A stretch of DNA of 64,000 nucleotides. Source: an uncultured bacterium. Its GTDB lineage: Bacteria > UBP4 > UBA4092. Positions 37,515 to 48,311 of this stretch are shown piece by piece. Both the position numbers and the translations under genes were made by a program. Each line of letters opens with the position of its first letter. The stretch's first letter is position 1. The notes beneath the pieces were generated by a model. That model ran no database searches. It was not told the origin of the DNA and saw only the letters and a list, made by a program, of their open reading frames with translations. The stretch covers positions 244,869 to 308,868 of the forward strand of contig CAZXWN010000001.1 in NCBI GenBank assembly GCA_964644695.1, written 5' to 3'.

Positions 37515-38366
37515 ATGGCTGGCAAAACTTTAGAGATTAAAGATCTTCATGTTTCAGTCGAAGGTAAGGAAATATTAAAAGGTGTGAATTTGAACATTAA
37601 TCAGGGTGAAGTTCATGCCTTAATGGGTCCAAATGGATCAGGTAAAAGCACTTTAGCGTACACCTTAATTGGACATCCTCGCTATGAGGTGACATCAGGG
37701 GAAGTCTTATTGAATGGTGAAAATGTTTTAGATATGGAACCTAGTGAGAGAGCTATAAAAGGACTCTTTTTGGCCTATCAGTATCCTGTGGCAATACCGG
37801 GTGTGAGTGTTGCAAATTTTCTAAGGTCTTCTGTGAGTGCAGTGCGGCAACATGGAAAAAATATGAGTGAAACAGAAAAAGCCGCTTCAAGTCAGGACAG
37901 TCATTTAATTCCAATGCGTGATTTCCGAAAAGAACTTGATGAGCAGATGAAGCAGATGGGTGTTGAAAAAGCATTCGCACGTCGTTCGTTGAATGACGGT
38001 TTTTCGGGTGGCGAAAAGAAGAGAATGGAAATCTTGCAAATGAGCATGTTAAAGCCCAAATATGCCGTGTTGGATGAGACTGACTCTGGGTTAGATATTG
38101 ATGCTCTTCGATTTGTCTCTGAAGGTGTGAATAGATTATCAGGACCCGAATTGGGTGTTTTAATTATTACCCACTATCAACGGATTTTGAATTATATAAA
38201 ACCACAATTTGTTCATATATTTATGGCTGGAAAAATTGTGGAATCCGGGGGGCCTGAACTTGCCTTAATGCTGGAAGAAAGTGGATACGAAGCTATTAGA
38301 AGGAAATATAATTTAGATATCAATTTATCTGATGAAGACAAAACTGCTTTAAAACCGGTCGTCTAA
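37515..38366 (+). CDS. sufC: Fe-S assembly ATPase SufC
   Basis: [42 protein letters not shown]. Confidence 0.95.
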   Translation: MAGKTLEIKDLHVSVEGKEILKGVNLNINQGEVHALMGPNGSGKSTLAYTLIGHPRYEVTSGEVLLNGENVLDMEPSERAIKGLFLAYQYPVAIPGVSVANFLRSSVSAVRQHGKNMSETEKAASSQDSHLIPMRDFRKELDEQMKQMGVEKAFARRSLNDGFSGGEKKRMEILQMSMLKPKYAVLDETDSGLDIDALRFVSEGVNRLSGPELGVLIITHYQRILNYIKPQFVHIFMAGKIVESGGPELALMLEESGYEAIRRKYNLDINLSDEDKTALKPVV

Positions 38367-38387
38367 TTTAAAGAAAAGGAGACCGAT

Positions 38388-39800
38388 ATGTCAAATACTA
38401 AAAATGAAAATGCAGAAGCATTAACGCAAGAGTATAAATATGGATTTCATGATGACCGAAAGAATATCTACGAAGTCCAAAAAGGTTTAAATCCTCGAAT
38501 TGTAAATCAAATATCAGACATCAAAGGTGAACCGGAGTGGATGAGAGAATTCCGTCTTAAATCTTTGAATGTGTTTTTTGCAAAACCAGATTTGAATTGG
38601 GGTGCTGATCTTTCCGCACTTGATTTCCAAGACATCTATTATTATGTGAAACCCTCCAATCGTGCAGAGCGAACATGGGAAGATGTCCCAGATGATATTA
38701 AAAATACTTTTGAAAGACTGGGTATCCCTGAGGCTGAAAGAAAATATTTGGCGGGTGTCGGTGCACAATATGATTCAGAAGTTGTTTATCACAAATTAAA
38801 AGAAGATTTGGAAAGTAAGGGTGTGATTTTTGTTGGAACTGACCAGGCCTTGAAAGAATATCCTGATTTATTTAAAGAGTATTTTGGGACGGTTATTCCT
38901 CCAGATGACAATAAATTTGCCGCATTAAATAGTGCGGTGTGGTCGGGAGGAAGTTTTATTTATGTCCCCCCTGGAGTGAAGGTTGATATTCCTTTGCAAG
39001 CCTATTTCCGTATAAATTCTGAACGTATGGGGCAATTCGAACGAACTTTAATCATTGCTGATGAAGGTAGTTTTGTTCACTATGTCGAGGGATGTACTGC
39101 TCCTACTTATTCATCCGAGTCACTTCATAGTGCGGTTGTTGAAATCATCGTGAAACGGGGTGCCCGTGTCAGATATACCACTATTCAGAACTGGGCAAAC
39201 AATGTTTACAATCTGGTTACCAAACGAGCCGTTTGTCATGAAGATGCGACCATGGAGTGGGTAGATGGAAATTTAGGCAGTAAGGTGACTATGAAATATC
39301 CGGCAGTTTATATGATGGGGAAGGGTGCTCACGGTGAAATCCTTTCAATAGCTTTTGCCGGAAAAGGTCAACAACTGGATGCCGGTGCAAAAGTGGTTCA
39401 TGGGGCTCCCTATACAACTTCCCGGATTATTTCGAAATCTATTAGTAAGGATGGTGGACAGTCTTCATATCGTGGACTGTTAAAAGTTGTTAATGGGGCT
39501 ATTGGTTCAAAATCAAATGTTGTGTGCGATGCTTTGATTTTAGATGAATTATCTCGTTCAGACACCTATCCTTATATTGAGGTAGAAGAAAAGAAAGTAT
39601 CCATCGGACATGAAGCCACTGTCAGTAAAATCAATGATGAGCAACTGTTGTATTTGATGAGTCGTGGTATATCTGAGCAGGAAGCATCCTCCATGATAGT
39701 TGCGGGATTTATAGAGCCCCTGGTAAAAGAATTACCCATGGAATATGCTCTTGAGATGAACCGGCTGATTCAGCTTCAAATGGAAGGTTCCGTAGGCTGA
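38388..39800 (+). CDS. sufB: Fe-S assembly protein SufB
   Basis: [48 protein letters not shown]. Confidence 0.96.
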   Translation: MSNTKNENAEALTQEYKYGFHDDRKNIYEVQKGLNPRIVNQISDIKGEPEWMREFRLKSLNVFFAKPDLNWGADLSALDFQDIYYYVKPSNRAERTWEDVPDDIKNTFERLGIPEAERKYLAGVGAQYDSEVVYHKLKEDLESKGVIFVGTDQALKEYPDLFKEYFGTVIPPDDNKFAALNSAVWSGGSFIYVPPGVKVDIPLQAYFRINSERMGQFERTLIIADEGSFVHYVEGCTAPTYSSESLHSAVVEIIVKRGARVRYTTIQNWANNVYNLVTKRAVCHEDATMEWVDGNLGSKVTMKYPAVYMMGKGAHGEILSIAFAGKGQQLDAGAKVVHGAPYTTSRIISKSISKDGGQSSYRGLLKVVNGAIGSKSNVVCDALILDELSRSDTYPYIEVEEKKVSIGHEATVSKINDEQLLYLMSRGISEQEASSMIVAGFIEPLVKELPMEYALEMNRLIQLQMEGSVG

Positions 39801-39839
39801 CATTAAATCAAAATAGCCCATACATGAGGTGAGATAATT

Positions 39840-41201
39840 GTGAGTACCGATATTAAAACTAATCAAACATCATTCAATAAAATCAATCCCGATGTCTTCA
39901 ATCTGTTTTGTAAAAAACGTGATGAAAATAAATGGTTTGTGAGTTGTCGAGAATCTGCCTGGCAGGCCTGGCAAACACTGCCATTTCCAACTTTAAAGGA
40001 TGAATCATGGAGACGGACAGATATCAGGACACTTTCACTTGATTCTTATGAATTTGAATCTCTTGGAAATGCTGGAACGCCCCAGCCTGCTGCTCTTAAA
40101 GCTGAGGAAATCATCCAGAATCTAACATCTTCCTGGGGAGATTCTGCCGGAACACTAATAACCCTGGATAGTAAACCTTTCTTTAGAAAGATGGCTTCAT
40201 CATCTCCTCAAGGGGTAGTATTTGATCATTTTGAAAATCTGGTAAAAGAATCAAATCCCTTAATTGAAAAATATTATTCCAAAGCTGTACCTGTTAATGA
40301 TAGTAAGTTTTCCGCGCTGCATTATGCTTTTGAATCGGGTGGAGCGCTTCTTTATATTCCCCAGGACACGGTTGTAGAACTGCCATTTAATTATTTTATT
40401 GAGCTGTCCAAAAACAAAGGTATTGATACTTCTCATCTACTGGTTATTGCCGGAAAAAATAGTAAATTTTCTATTATTCGGCAAACTGAAAGTCTGGATG
40501 AAAAACTGGATGGTTTCCATACAGGCGTTGTTGAACTTTTCCTTGAAGAAGGAGCCAATGTATCTTTTGTTGATGTTCAGAATTGGAACTTAAAATCATG
40601 GCATATTGATACACATCGAGCTTTTCTTGCCAAGGATGCTCATCTGGAATGGGTTGCTGTTGGGTTAGGGGGTAGGGTGTCTAAAACAGATTCCAATACT
40701 CATCTTCAAGGGGAAGGAAGCCGGGTGGATATGTTGGGACTTGTTTGTTCAGAAGGAAAACAACATCTGGATTATCATACTCTTCAGGATCATGACGCAC
40801 CTAATGCATTCTCCGATTTACTCTACAATACTGTTCTAAAAGATAAATCACGGACTGTATTTAGAGGGATGATAAAAGTCCATCCGCACGCTCAGAAGAC
40901 GGATGCGTACCAGAAAAATAATAATCTTTCATTAAGTTCCCATGCAAGAGCTGACTCAATCCCGGGTTTGGAAATATCGGCTAATGATGTTCGTTGCACT
41001 CACGGTTCAACGACCAGTGAGATAGATAATGATCAAGTTCTTTATTTAATGAGTCGTGGTATTTCACGACAGGACGCGGATAATTTAATCGTTGAAGGTT
41101 TCTTTGAAACCGTGATGCAACGAATGCAATCTGAATATATTCGTGAACATGTTCGTGGGTTAATATTAAATAAGCTTGGTTTATCTTCTGTTTTATCTTA
41201 A
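39840..41201 (+). CDS. sufD: Fe-S assembly protein SufD
   Basis: E.WRRTD, AQKTDAYQ, PGLEISANDVRCTHG, YLMSRG. Confidence 0.92.
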   Translation: MSTDIKTNQTSFNKINPDVFNLFCKKRDENKWFVSCRESAWQAWQTLPFPTLKDESWRRTDIRTLSLDSYEFESLGNAGTPQPAALKAEEIIQNLTSSWGDSAGTLITLDSKPFFRKMASSSPQGVVFDHFENLVKESNPLIEKYYSKAVPVNDSKFSALHYAFESGGALLYIPQDTVVELPFNYFIELSKNKGIDTSHLLVIAGKNSKFSIIRQTESLDEKLDGFHTGVVELFLEEGANVSFVDVQNWNLKSWHIDTHRAFLAKDAHLEWVAVGLGGRVSKTDSNTHLQGEGSRVDMLGLVCSEGKQHLDYHTLQDHDAPNAFSDLLYNTVLKDKSRTVFRGMIKVHPHAQKTDAYQKNNNLSLSSHARADSIPGLEISANDVRCTHGSTTSEIDNDQVLYLMSRGISRQDADNLIVEGFFETVMQRMQSEYIREHVRGLILNKLGLSSVLS

Positions 41202-41231
41202 TAAGACTTTTATTTAAGGACTGAAACGAAA

Positions 41232-41690
41232 ATGAGTAATTCACGATCTCGTGAAGAACAAATTGATGACCTGATGGATCATTACGAAGATCCCAGGCAT
41301 TATGGAAAATTGGAAAACCCAACAGTTACGATCCGAATGACCAATCCAGGTTGTGGAGATATCATTAATCTTTATGCAAAGATTGGGCCAGATGGAAAGT
41401 TGGAAGATGTGTCTTTTGAAGGCGAAGGATGCACTATTAGCCAGGCTGCTGCATCAATGGCAATGGAAGTGGTCTTTGGTAAAGATATGGATGATATTAT
41501 GAATTTACCTCAAGACTATATGATGGAAATTGTTGGAAATGAAATTGCGTTGACCCGCCCTAAATGTTCAACTCTGGGATTAAATGCTGTTCGCGAAGCT
41601 ATTCGTGAGTATATCCGTAAAAAACATGGAATGGATACTTCTGACCAAGATAATCAAGGTGAATCCCCGAAGGCGTGCCCGTCTCATTAA
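41232..41690 (+). CDS. sufU: SufU/IscU-like Fe-S scaffold or sulfur-transfer protein
   Basis: DHYEDPRHYG, NPGCGD, GCTISQA, RPKC. Confidence 0.85.
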   Translation: MSNSRSREEQIDDLMDHYEDPRHYGKLENPTVTIRMTNPGCGDIINLYAKIGPDGKLEDVSFEGEGCTISQAAASMAMEVVFGKDMDDIMNLPQDYMMEIVGNEIALTRPKCSTLGLNAVREAIREYIRKKHGMDTSDQDNQGESPKACPSH

Positions 41691-41705
41691 TAAAGGGTTT
41701 TAATA

Positions 41706-42008
41706 ATGATAAAAGTATGTTCTGCCCGTGAAATTGAATTAGTACAGAAGAAGCTTTTTGATATTGATGGTTTGGTTATTGCAGTATTTTATGTAGAGGG
41801 TAAGTTTTATGCAATGGAAGACATCTGTACTCATGATGGAGGGCCGGTCATTGAGGGTCCCTTAAATGGGCATGAGATAACTTGCCCCCGGCATGGTGCC
41901 CGATTTGATGTCCGTACGGGTAAGCCATTGTGTATGCCTGCTTTTGTTCCAATTCAAACATTTCCAGTTGAAGTCAAAGATGGCGATATATATATTGATT
42001 TAGATTAA
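41706..42008 (+). CDS. Rieske-type ferredoxin
   Basis: CTH...CPRHGARFD. Confidence 0.9.
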   Translation: MIKVCSAREIELVQKKLFDIDGLVIAVFYVEGKFYAMEDICTHDGGPVIEGPLNGHEITCPRHGARFDVRTGKPLCMPAFVPIQTFPVEVKDGDIYIDLD

Positions 42009-42025
42009 AAATAAAGAGTGGACAC

Positions 42026-42328
42026 ATGGTAACTGAAGAAATCATACGAGAAGCACTAAAGGTAGTTAAAGACCCTGAGATTGGAATGGATATTGTTAAT
42101 TTGGGTCTGGTTTATGATATTTCCATTGAAGAAAATAGTAAGGTATTTGTAAAAATGACGCTTACTAGCCCTGCTTGTCCGGTTGGTCCACAAATAATGG
42201 CAGAGGCTGATTCGATAATTCGAGAAATCGAAGGCGTTGATTTGGTGGATGTTGAATTGGTTTGGACCCCACCTTGGAATCCTGACATGATGTCTGATGA
42301 AGCCCGTGATCATCTGGGGATTTACTAG
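42026..42328 (+). CDS. DUF59 / SufT-like metal-sulfur cluster assembly factor
   Basis: DPEIG...IVNLGLVY, MTLTSPACP, PPWNPDMMS. Confidence 0.9.
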   Translation: MVTEEIIREALKVVKDPEIGMDIVNLGLVYDISIEENSKVFVKMTLTSPACPVGPQIMAEADSIIREIEGVDLVDVELVWTPPWNPDMMSDEARDHLGIY

Positions 42329-42347
42329 AGAAAAACCTTCTAAACAG

Positions 42348-42375
42348 CATCGAACAAGATCCATCTTGTTCGATG
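42348..42375. repeat. 28-bp palindromic intergenic repeat, copy 3
   Basis: CATCGAACAAGAT-CC-ATCTTGTTCGATG; arms extend by AAACAG/CTGTTT (42342..42381). Confidence 0.9.
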
Positions 42376-42385
42376 CTGTTTCGCT

Positions 42386-43303
42386 TTGAATAAAGAACTA
42401 TTAAATATTGGGTTAATATTTGTGAAGAATGCTGATATTAAAAGAGATAGGCCGGAATGGTTTAAGAAGAATCTTGCTCCAGCAGGTCAAACCAGGCTTG
42501 TGAGCCAGACTGTTCATCATCAGGTATTAAATACCGTATGTCAAAGTGCGCAATGCCCGAATAAGCAAGAATGTTGGGCAAAAAATACGGCAACTTTCAT
42601 GATATTAGGGAATACTTGTTCTCGTTTCTGTCGATTCTGTGCTGTTTCTCATGGAGAACCTTCTGCTTTAGATTGTGCAGAGCCTGAGCGAGTTGCAGAT
42701 GCAATCCAGAAGTTGAATATTAGCCATGCGGTTGTAACATCCGTAACGCGTGATGATTTACTCGATGAAGGTGCCCATCATTTTAATAAGGTCATATCAG
42801 AAATCAAGAAAACAACCCCTTCGATTACTATTGAGGTTTTGACTCCAGATTTTCATGGACGAAAAGAACTAATTAAGATTGTTCTTGAATCGTCTCCTGA
42901 TGTCTATGGTCATAATCTGGAAACCGTAGAGAGGCTTACATCCCATATCCGTCATCGAGCCAGTTATTCATGTTCATTATCTGTTATTCAATCCGTAAAA
43001 GAATTGAAACCAGATATAGTGACCAAGTCGGGAATCATGGTAGGTTTAGGTGAGACTGAAGATGATATTATTAAGACAATGGATGATTTGTTAAACGTGG
43101 GTTGTGATATATTAACCCTCGGTCACTATTTACGGCCTACAAGAGAACAATTACCAGTGGTAAAATATTATTCTTTAGAAGACTTTATAAGATGGCAAGA
43201 AATAGCCATATCTAAAGGTTTTAAATATGTTGTAAGTCATCCGATGGCACGAAGTTCTTACCATGCTGAAGAGGCTTACCGCCAGGTTAAAAAAACGAAA
43301 TAA
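42386..43303 (+). CDS. lipA: Lipoyl synthase
   Basis: CQSAQCPNKQEC, CSRFCRFC, TSVTRDDL, HNLETV, RSSY. True start may be the GTG at 42422. Confidence 0.93.
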   Translation: MNKELLNIGLIFVKNADIKRDRPEWFKKNLAPAGQTRLVSQTVHHQVLNTVCQSAQCPNKQECWAKNTATFMILGNTCSRFCRFCAVSHGEPSALDCAEPERVADAIQKLNISHAVVTSVTRDDLLDEGAHHFNKVISEIKKTTPSITIEVLTPDFHGRKELIKIVLESSPDVYGHNLETVERLTSHIRHRASYSCSLSVIQSVKELKPDIVTKSGIMVGLGETEDDIIKTMDDLLNVGCDILTLGHYLRPTREQLPVVKYYSLEDFIRWQEIAISKGFKYVVSHPMARSSYHAEEAYRQVKKTK

Positions 43304-43341
43304 ACCTCTTGGAAAGAAAGATTCATCAAGGAGAATTAAAA

Positions 43342-43581
43342 ATGGCCACAGAAATCATTTTACCCGACTTGAATGTTGATGTTGATGAAGTGCTTATCAA
43401 TACCTGGCATTTTAAAGAAGGTGATCGGGTGAACGAAGGCGATGATCTGGTGGAATTACAGGTCGGTACTACTATTTTTAATTTGCCCACACCGGTGAGT
43501 GGTATTTTATTAGAGATACTGGTAGATGAGGGAGACGCGGTGGAGTTTGGTGAAGCTCTTGCCACTGTAGATGAAGAATAA
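43342..43581 (+). CDS. Stand-alone lipoyl/biotinyl-like domain lacking the canonical lysine
   Basis: W...EGDRV.EGDDLVEL...PTPVSG.L..I.V.EGD.V..G pattern; QVGTT where ETDKA is expected. AGGAG RBS before ATG 43342. Confidence 0.8.
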   Translation: MATEIILPDLNVDVDEVLINTWHFKEGDRVNEGDDLVELQVGTTIFNLPTPVSGILLEILVDEGDAVEFGEALATVDEE

Positions 43582-43674
43582 TTTATTGTACATAAGATAA
43601 TTGGATAACCCTCCCTTTAAAACAGGGATTGGGTATTTTTTGTTTAGTAATTCAGTATTGGAAGGAGCTCTTCA

Positions 43675-44601
43675 GTGAGTGTATTAATAGTTGGTTCCGT
43701 GGCTCTTGATAATGTAACAACACCTCATGGTGAAGTAAAGGATATTCTGGGTGGGTCTGCTACCCATGCTTCTTATTCTGCCAGTTTCTTTTCTCCAATT
43801 AACCTGGTAGGGGTAGTAGGTAAAGATTTTCCAAATCAATATATTGATTTATTGAAACAGAGAAATGTTTCTTTAGATGGATTACAAATAGTTGATGGAA
43901 AGACTTTCCGTTGGACCGGATATTATGAATACGATATGAATCATGCTTATACCCTTAATACAGAATTAAATGTATTTGCTGATTTTCATCCTCATATTCC
44001 TGAATCATACCGAGACAGTGAATATGTATTCCTGGCAAATATTGACCCCGTTTTACAGTTGGAAGTGCTGGATCAGATACATAGTCCCAAGTTTACGGCG
44101 CTGGATACCATGAACCTTTGGATTCAAAATAAAAAAGAAGACTTAATAAAAGTTATTTCTAAAGTCGATATGGTATTGCTGAATGATGGGGAAGCACGAA
44201 TGTTATGCAATACCTCAAATCTTTTAGCAGCCGCCCGACAAGTCCTCGAAATGGGTCCTCGTATTGTTATTATCAAAAAAGGTGAATATGGGGCTTCGAT
44301 GATTACTAAAGACGAAGTGTTTATTGCCCCCGCTTATCCTCTGGCTGCAATATATGATCCCACAGGTGCTGGTGATACCTTTGCGGGTGGATTTATGGGG
44401 TATCTCGCCTCCACCGGTAATCCTACTAATGGCAATTTACGAAAAGCCGTTGTTATGGGGAGTACAATAGCTTCCTTTAATGTTGAAGACTTTAGTTTAA
44501 ATCGATTAACTCGGTTGAAACCTGATGAAATTAGAAAACGATATTCTGAATTTCACACACTTACGCATTTTGAACCCTTACATGAACGGGAGATTAATTA
44601 A
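43675..44601 (+). CDS. PfkB family sugar/nucleoside kinase
   Basis: GSVALD, GGSA, DTMNLWI, DPTGAGDTFAGG. Confidence 0.9.
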   Translation: MSVLIVGSVALDNVTTPHGEVKDILGGSATHASYSASFFSPINLVGVVGKDFPNQYIDLLKQRNVSLDGLQIVDGKTFRWTGYYEYDMNHAYTLNTELNVFADFHPHIPESYRDSEYVFLANIDPVLQLEVLDQIHSPKFTALDTMNLWIQNKKEDLIKVISKVDMVLLNDGEARMLCNTSNLLAAARQVLEMGPRIVIIKKGEYGASMITKDEVFIAPAYPLAAIYDPTGAGDTFAGGFMGYLASTGNPTNGNLRKAVVMGSTIASFNVEDFSLNRLTRLKPDEIRKRYSEFHTLTHFEPLHEREIN

Positions 44602-45890
44602 TGAAAAAAATTAATGTAGGTTTAATCGGATGTGGTACGGTTGGAACGGGTGTTGCCAAAGTTCTCTTGGAAAAAAGAGATTGGTTATCTAAAACAACGG
44701 GCGTTGATTTTGTCTTAACCAAAATTGCTGAGAAGGACCAAAAGAGAAAACGGCCCGTTCGTATCCCCCGCAATCTTTGGACTGATGATGCGTATGATTT
44801 GATTAACACCCCCGATATAGATATTGTTATTGAGCTGGTGGGTGGCACTACTATTGCAAAGGATTTCATATCTGCTGCTCTGCAAAAGAAAAAACATGTT
44901 GTTACTGCGAATAAAGCGTTATTGGCTGACCACGGACAAAAACTCATGTCTCTGGCAACCACCAACAGAGTTCAGCTTGAATTTGAAGCCAGTGTGGCTG
45001 GCGGTATTCCAATTATTAACGCCATGCGTTCCGGATTGATCGCTAATAAAATCCAAAGTATTTTCGGAATCTTGAATGGAACAACAAACTATATTCTCAG
45101 TAAGATGACCTCTGAAGGTTTGGACTATGCCACTGTCCTGAAGGAAGCTCAGGAGTTAGGATTTGCTGAAGCCGATCCGTATCTGGATATTAGTGGTCAT
45201 GATGCTGCTCATAAAATAGCCATATTGAGTTTTCTCTCTGTTCATGGTTGGGTCAATATGAAGGACCTTTATGTGGAAGGCATTACTCAAATCAATGCCC
45301 AGGATATTAAATATGCGTCTGAACTGGGATATGTTATTAAACTTTTAGCTATTGCCAAGTTCATGGACAAGGGTGTTGATTTACGTGTTCATCCAACAAT
45401 GATTCCTAAGGATAATTTGCTGGCCTCTGTAAACGGTGCATATAATGGCGTCCTGGTTACAGGTGATGTGGTTGGAACAACTATGTATTATGGTAAAGGT
45501 GCAGGTATGTTACCCACTGCCAGTGCCGTTGTCAGTGATGTTATTCGGATTGGTCAGAAACTTGCCGCCGGCGGTATGGTTAATACTCCAGTCAAATCCG
45601 AATACGGATGTGTTCCTGTTTTGCCCATTGGCGATATTATCAGTCAATATTATTTGCGGTGCAGTGTTATTGACCGGCCTGGTGCTTTTGCTCAGATTTC
45701 AACCATCTTAGGAAAACATAAAATCAGTATCGCTTCCGTTATTCAGAAAAACCGTAAAGCAGGCGATGCCGTACCCGTAATGATGATGACTCATGAAGCA
45801 AAAGAATCATCTATGCAGGCTGCCATCAAAGAAATTGATCGGCTTCGAGTTATCAAAGACAAGACATTTATCATTCGTGTTGAAAAATAA
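44601..45890 (+). CDS. hom: Homoserine dehydrogenase with ACT domain
   Basis: [45 protein letters not shown] domain. Confidence 0.95.
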   Translation: MKKINVGLIGCGTVGTGVAKVLLEKRDWLSKTTGVDFVLTKIAEKDQKRKRPVRIPRNLWTDDAYDLINTPDIDIVIELVGGTTIAKDFISAALQKKKHVVTANKALLADHGQKLMSLATTNRVQLEFEASVAGGIPIINAMRSGLIANKIQSIFGILNGTTNYILSKMTSEGLDYATVLKEAQELGFAEADPYLDISGHDAAHKIAILSFLSVHGWVNMKDLYVEGITQINAQDIKYASELGYVIKLLAIAKFMDKGVDLRVHPTMIPKDNLLASVNGAYNGVLVTGDVVGTTMYYGKGAGMLPTASAVVSDVIRIGQKLAAGGMVNTPVKSEYGCVPVLPIGDIISQYYLRCSVIDRPGAFAQISTILGKHKISIASVIQKNRKAGDAVPVMMMTHEAKESSMQAAIKEIDRLRVIKDKTFIIRVEK

Positions 45891-45922
45891 AAATATCATT
45901 GATCTTGAAAGGATCTATCATA

Positions 45923-46996
45923 ATGTCCGATAAAAAGTTTTATTATTGGCCTGGTTTAGTTGAGCACTACAGAAAATATTTACCTGTTTCTGAGAAGACA
46001 ACTATTGTTACTTTGCAGGAAGGAAATACTCCACTTATTCCTTGTTGTAATCTAGCTGATTACTTAAAAGCTGATATTAATATTTTTGTTAAGTTTGAAG
46101 GGACCAATCCTACCGGGTCCTTTAAAGACCGCGGTATGACTATGGCTATTACCAAAGCTTTGGAAGAAGGTAGTAAAGCCGTTATGTGTGCTTCTACTGG
46201 AAATACATCCGCTTCAGCTGCTGCCTATGCTGCTAAGGCAAATATGGATTGCATCGTACTTATTCCTGAAGGAAAAATTGCTTTGGGTAAACTGGCCCAG
46301 GCGATTATGCATGGTGCAAAGGTTATTCAAGTGTTAGGTAATTTTGATGATGCACTCAAAATGGTTTGTAGTATTACTGATAAATATCCCATCACTCTTG
46401 TAAATTCGATTAACCCCTATCGTATTGAAGGACAAAAAACAGGTGCTTTTGAAGTGTGTGATCAATTGGAAAGAGTCCCTGATTTTCATTTCATTCCCGT
46501 AGGAAATGCAGGTAACATTACTGCTTATTGGAAAGGTTATAAAGAATATAAAGATGTAGGGATTACTGATAGATTACCAAAGATGATGGGATATCAGGCG
46601 GCTGGATCGGCTCCTATCGTTGAAAACCGGATAATTGAAAAACCTGAGACTCTTGCAACAGCCATTCGTATTGGTAATCCTGCATCATGGAAAACTGCTG
46701 TTGCTGCTCGTGATGAATCTGGTGGAATTATTGATAAGGTAACAGATGATGAAATCCTTGAGGCCTATGGTTTGATTGCTTCCCAAGAAGGTGTAATGTG
46801 TGAACCAGGTTCTGCTGCTTCTGTTGCAGGATTAATCAAAGCATTGAAAGAAAACCGTGTTCCTGCTGGTTCTACGGTTGTATGTACTCTTACCGGACAT
46901 GGCCTGAAAGATCCAGATCGTGCTGTGGCTTTTGGACAAAAGCCAGTGACTTTACCTTCTGACTTGAATGAAATTATCAAATACCTCGGTTATTAA
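45923..46996 (+). CDS. thrC: Threonine synthase
   Basis: [40 protein letters not shown]. Confidence 0.95.
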   Translation: MSDKKFYYWPGLVEHYRKYLPVSEKTTIVTLQEGNTPLIPCCNLADYLKADINIFVKFEGTNPTGSFKDRGMTMAITKALEEGSKAVMCASTGNTSASAAAYAAKANMDCIVLIPEGKIALGKLAQAIMHGAKVIQVLGNFDDALKMVCSITDKYPITLVNSINPYRIEGQKTGAFEVCDQLERVPDFHFIPVGNAGNITAYWKGYKEYKDVGITDRLPKMMGYQAAGSAPIVENRIIEKPETLATAIRIGNPASWKTAVAARDESGGIIDKVTDDEILEAYGLIASQEGVMCEPGSAASVAGLIKALKENRVPAGSTVVCTLTGHGLKDPDRAVAFGQKPVTLPSDLNEIIKYLGY

Positions 46997-47010
46997 AGAA
47001 TATAGGGAAA

Positions 47011-48231
47011 ATGAAGATGAAAAAAATCGTTTTAATTGGTGACGGCATGGCCGATTGGCCAATTGATACGTTAGATGGCAAAACTCCAATGGAAGTTGCT
47101 TATACGCCCAATATGGACCGATTGGCCCAGAAGGGTATTCAGCTGCTTTGCAAAACTGTTCCTGATGGAATTCTCCCTGGTTCTGACGTTGCTATTCTCT
47201 CAATTATGGGATATGACCCTCAGACCCATTATACTGGACGTGCTCCTATGGAAGCGGCCAGTATGGGAGTACCTGTTCCAGAGGATTATACTGTCTTCCG
47301 TTGCAACACTGTAACAACAAAAGACGGGTTTATGGAAGATTACTCTGCAGGACATATCACAACTCCTGAATCACAGACCATTATTCAGGACTTGGATAAA
47401 GAATTGACAGCTCCCAACTATAAATTTTTTCCTGGAGTAAGTTATCGGCATCTTCTTGTTATTCAAGGCGATTATAGAGATTTAAAATGTACGCCTCCTC
47501 ATGATATTCTCAATAAAGAAATAGCAAACTATCTTCCGACGGGACCGGGCCAAAATATCATTAGAGAACTTATGGATAAATCAATTGCTATTTGTGGTTC
47601 TCATCCAGTCAATGATAAACGCATAGCTGATGGGCATTCTCCTGCAACCCAGATATGGTTATGGGGACAAGGTAAAATGCCACAGTTGGAATCTTTCTGT
47701 GAAAAATATGATATCAATGGCGGTACTATAATTTCTGCGGTAGATTTGGTTAAAGGTATTGGCATTTTAGCTAAGTTGGATGTTCCCCAAGTTGAAGGAC
47801 TTACTGGTTATTTGGATACCAATTATGCAAATAAAGTTAAATCCGGTCTCGAAGGGTTAAAAAAGAATGAATTTCTTTTAATCCATGTTGAAGCACCCGA
47901 TGAATGCGGACATCAAGGCCGGCCTGATTTAAAAGTGAAAGCTATCGAAGATTTTGATTGTCATATTGTTGGTCCTATCTTGGACTGGGCTGAAGAAAAC
48001 GGTGACTGTGACATTATGGTATTGCCAGATCATCCAACTCCTTGTGCATTTCGTACTCATGTAAGTGAGCCTGTTCCCGTGTTAATTGGTTCAATCAACG
48101 CATCGCAAACGGAAAAAAAAGTTTCAACCTACTGTGAAAAAACAGCAAAAGAATCCAACCTTTTTATTGACCATGGACATGATCTGATGGGATTCTTTAT
48201 GAAAAGTAGTTGGAAAACAGAAATCCGATAA
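47011..48231 (+). CDS. apgM: Cofactor-independent phosphoglycerate mutase, ApgM type (TIGR02535 'proposed homoserine kinase' context)
   Basis: GDGMAD, PGSDVA, GRAPMEAA, HVEAPDECGH, PDHPTP...H. Confidence 0.85.
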   Translation: MKMKKIVLIGDGMADWPIDTLDGKTPMEVAYTPNMDRLAQKGIQLLCKTVPDGILPGSDVAILSIMGYDPQTHYTGRAPMEAASMGVPVPEDYTVFRCNTVTTKDGFMEDYSAGHITTPESQTIIQDLDKELTAPNYKFFPGVSYRHLLVIQGDYRDLKCTPPHDILNKEIANYLPTGPGQNIIRELMDKSIAICGSHPVNDKRIADGHSPATQIWLWGQGKMPQLESFCEKYDINGGTIISAVDLVKGIGILAKLDVPQVEGLTGYLDTNYANKVKSGLEGLKKNEFLLIHVEAPDECGHQGRPDLKVKAIEDFDCHIVGPILDWAEENGDCDIMVLPDHPTPCAFRTHVSEPVPVLIGSINASQTEKKVSTYCEKTAKESNLFIDHGHDLMGFFMKSSWKTEIR

Positions 48232-48250
48232 AGTACTGTTTGATAGGTCT

Positions 48251-48290
48251 AAAGGGATATCTTATAATTAAATAAGTAAGATTTCCCTTT
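48251..48290 (+). terminator. Possible intrinsic terminator after apgM
   Basis: AAAGGGA-T-ATCTTA ... TAAGAT-T-TCCCTTT followed by a T-rich run. Confidence 0.45.
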
Positions 48291-48311
48291 TATTCTTTTA
48301 ATAAGATTGGT

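Noticed and set aside
43606-43642. Possible terminator after the lipoyl-like gene
   Set aside because: The stem (ACCC-TCCCT / AGGGA-TT-GGGT) is imperfect and too weak to call.
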